Both the position numbers and the translations under genes were made by a program. DNA of 63,900 nucleotides, the filler included, from Dugesia japonica (taxonomy: Eukaryota): assembly GCA_001938525.1 (NCBI GenBank). It is 6 parts of 6 records of this genome, joined end to end, with 100 filler letters (N's around TTAATTAATTAA, not from the genome) between each part and the next. Parts side by side here need not be neighbours in the genome. Positions count along the whole stretch, not along the records: positions 54,256 to 63,900 come from MQRL01483188.1; 5 more parts are not named here. One strand, given 5' to 3'. Numbering within the stretch: the first letter of the stretch is position 1; every line of letters starts with the position of its first letter. Positions 61,674-63,900 of this stretch are shown here, piece after piece. Below the pieces are notes generated by a model. It saw only the letters and a program-made list of their open reading frames with translations. It was not told where the DNA came from and did no database searches.

Positions 61674-62440
61674 ATGAGTAATTTAGTTTGGAAAAAAGAT
61701 AAGGTGGTTTTTAAAAATAAACTTTTTCCTAGTAATTTTCGATTGTTGATAATTGGATCTTCTGGATGTGGAAAAAATGTTCTCTTAACACAAATGTTAC
61801 TTACACCCGGTTTTCTCGATTATGATAATTTAATGTTTTACTCAACTACAATTAATCAATTTGAAGTGCAGTTAATAAAACACGGATTTTTAAATGGGTT
61901 AACAAAGCAAGAAATTTTATTAATGTTTGAGAAGCAGGCGATCGTTCCAAATTCCTGTGACACCCCAAAAGAAGTTGTAGATTTTTTCATTCAAAAGAAA
62001 TTTGTAATAAAAAAACCTCAATCAATAGAAATATTCCTAAGCATTAAATCAAGTGAAATTGTTCGTTGTGATACTTTAAAAAAGGATAAAAAAATCTTGT
62101 AATTTTTGATGATGTTGTAAATGAAAAAAATCAACAAATTCAAAAAAGGTATTTCACGCGAGGTCGACATTCAAATTGTAATGTAATTTACATTTCCCCA
62201 ACATATTTTCACCTTGATAAAAATTCGATAAGAAATAATGCAAATTGTTTTATATTTTTTAGATTAAATAAAAGAGATCGTGATAGTGTTTATAGTGATT
62301 TATTTTCTTCTGCATTTGAAACTAAAGATGATTACGACTATGATAAAAATTTCCACTGGAGAAAACCCTATACATATTATTATTTAAATCAATTAACAAA
62401 TAAAGTTACAACCGATCTTTTTGCTGAAGAAAATGAGTGA
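61674..62440 (+). pseudogene. A32/FtsK-like packaging ATPase (frameshift near 62095)
   Basis: Walker A IIGSSGCGK, LVIFDDV, FTRGRHSNC, SIRNNAN. Confidence 0.9.
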
Positions 62441-62930
62441 AAGAAATATTACAGAAGAAGAATTAAGAAAATTAGTAAATTCAAATCTTAGTAGAACAGT
62501 TAAAATTAATGGTAAAAATTATTGGATAGGGAAAAAAGTAAAAGATGAAATTAAAAAACGTCAAGAAAAAGAGGGTGGTTTTATTCCATTGTTGGCTTTA
62601 ATACCTGCATTACTTTCTTTTCTTACTGGCGTTGGCAAAGTCGCAGCTGTCACTGGCGCAGTTGCAGGCGCCGTTAAAAATTCGCGAGAGGCATATAATA
62701 GAAAACTTGAAACTGAAAAGTTGGAATATGAAAAATTACAACGAGAAAAAGAACCCCCCACTACTACTAATATCCCAACTACTAATATCCCAACTAATAA
62801 TAATAAGGAAGTTGAATATATAAGTGAAATACATGGTCAAGCGATTTATAAATATTCAAAAAATCAAAATTTATAACCTTCGAAAGAATTAAAAAAAGGA
62901 GGGGGATTATATTTGAGACCTTATGGTGAG
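62433..62930 (+). CDS. Virion core protein, adenovirus pX-like
   Basis: KEGG|FIPLLALIPALLSFLTGVG (protease site + hydrophobic helix), downstream KGGGLYLRPYG. Confidence 0.65.
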
Positions 62931-62964
62931 TATGGTGATGGAATTTATTAAAAACCTTATTAAA

Positions 62965-63825
62965 ATGGCGAGCGAAGCGATTAAAACTTATGTTTTAGTA
63001 GAATCTAGAATTGAAGAATTAAAACAAATAATTGAAAAAGAAGAAAAATATAATGAATATTTTTCTAGTAAAGTTCTTCAATCTAAAAATCTTCTTTCTT
63101 CTCTTGCTTTTCAATAATCTCCACTGATTTCAGCTTTACAACAATCTGCACAACCAAATCTAAATCTAAATCCAAATCCAAATCCAATTCCAGATCCATG
63201 TCCAACAACAAATCCATTTGAAAATAAAAATCCATTTACTCCTAATATAGAATTACACCAAAGTATAAATTTACCCTCAACATTAACTCCAGAAATTTCA
63301 AATGAAATTATTTTAGAAAAAACATATATAAAAATAAAAATTAAAGAAAGAGAAATATATTTAGTTACAGAAAATGAAATACCATATTTTTTTAAAATTC
63401 CAGATACACTTGTTCCTTATTCAGATGGAGTAATGAATTTAATTCTTGGAAATGTAAAAGAAACTGATGATATAAATTTAGAAGATTTAAATATTTATTT
63501 GAATGGATTAAAGATTTCTCATGCTCACAGCAGCGCCTATATAAAAATGTTGGAAAAAAAATAACTCCACCTGAAAAAATAGAGCCAAAAACTCCAGAAA
63601 GAAAAAAAAATAATTGAAACACAACCATTATTTCATCCATTACATCAACCGGTTGAGGGGCAAGGGAACCCAATTGATTTATTTGAAAAATTAATAGTTT
63701 TACTTTCAGCTAAAAAAGCTGGTCATGAAAATGTTGGCTCANAAATAAAATCAGTTTGTAAAAAATTAAAAAATGAAAAATTAATTTCAAAAGAGAAATA
63801 TAAAAAATATCAAAAATATTTTTAA
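62965..63825 (+). pseudogene. Conserved Polinton ORF with C-terminal L..L..LL....AG[HN]...I...L helix
   Basis: PIDLFEKLIVLLSAKKAGHEN..IKSVCKKLKNEKLISK. Several stops. Confidence 0.55.
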
Positions 63826-63830
63826 GTAAA

Positions 63831-63900
63831 ATGTCTCATCAGTTTTTAGTTACTGGTAAAGGATCAAAATTAGAAGTTAATTTAAAAAGACCATTAGATT
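63831..63900 (+). CDS. Probable minor capsid (penton) N-terminus
   Basis: MSHQFLVTGKGSKLEVNLKRPLD, plus position in the element. Confidence 0.5.
   Translation, partial: MSHQFLVTGKGSKLEVNLKRPLD

Larger units (their letters stand above)
58951..63900 (+). mobile_element. Polinton/Maverick (adintovirus-like, group-2 type), internally deleted, continues past the window
   Basis: Terminus AGTAGAGAGATAAGTGCGC, ~33-bp tandem repeats at 59765-59935, then MCP C-terminus, PLA2, integrase, ATPase, core protein, conserved ORF and penton start. Confidence 0.9.

Overview
AT-rich eukaryotic (animal) DNA. The short 43-55 nt GT-AG introns, (AAT)n microsatellites, a Six3/6 gene and the transposon spectrum suggest a planarian-type flatworm genome (inference, not proven). 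Five N-TTAATTAATTAA-N linkers show the window is six concatenated contigs, so no synteny can be claimed across them. Most of the window is transposon-derived: Ty3/gypsy, Penelope, Tc1/mariner, hAT MITEs, a Helitron scrap and two decayed Polinton/Maverick (adintovirus-like) lineages. Host genes include a divergent Six3/6 exon, a tandem-UBL gene with six phase-2 introns, and a repeat gene of 4-Cys mini-ShK domains. Most striking is a 4.6-kb TGTTG...CAACA insert with a 4-bp target-site duplication (16564-21138) that splits a Penelope RT. It has no gag/pol but carries a CCAAT/TATA promoter, an env-like ORF, four splice-acceptor/ORF/stop cassettes (three followed by a poly(A) hexamer) and a structured end. 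Its last ORF and end are homologous to the 3' end of a gypsy element (35405-42056) that has two proteases, an AT-hook integrase and a duplicated unrecognised Cys/His domain. The best reading is a giant gene-coding solo LTR. Also notable is a set of non-autonomous elements with Polinton-type termini, including a 1.4-kb foldback with a perfect 6-bp TSD and nine AP-1 sites.
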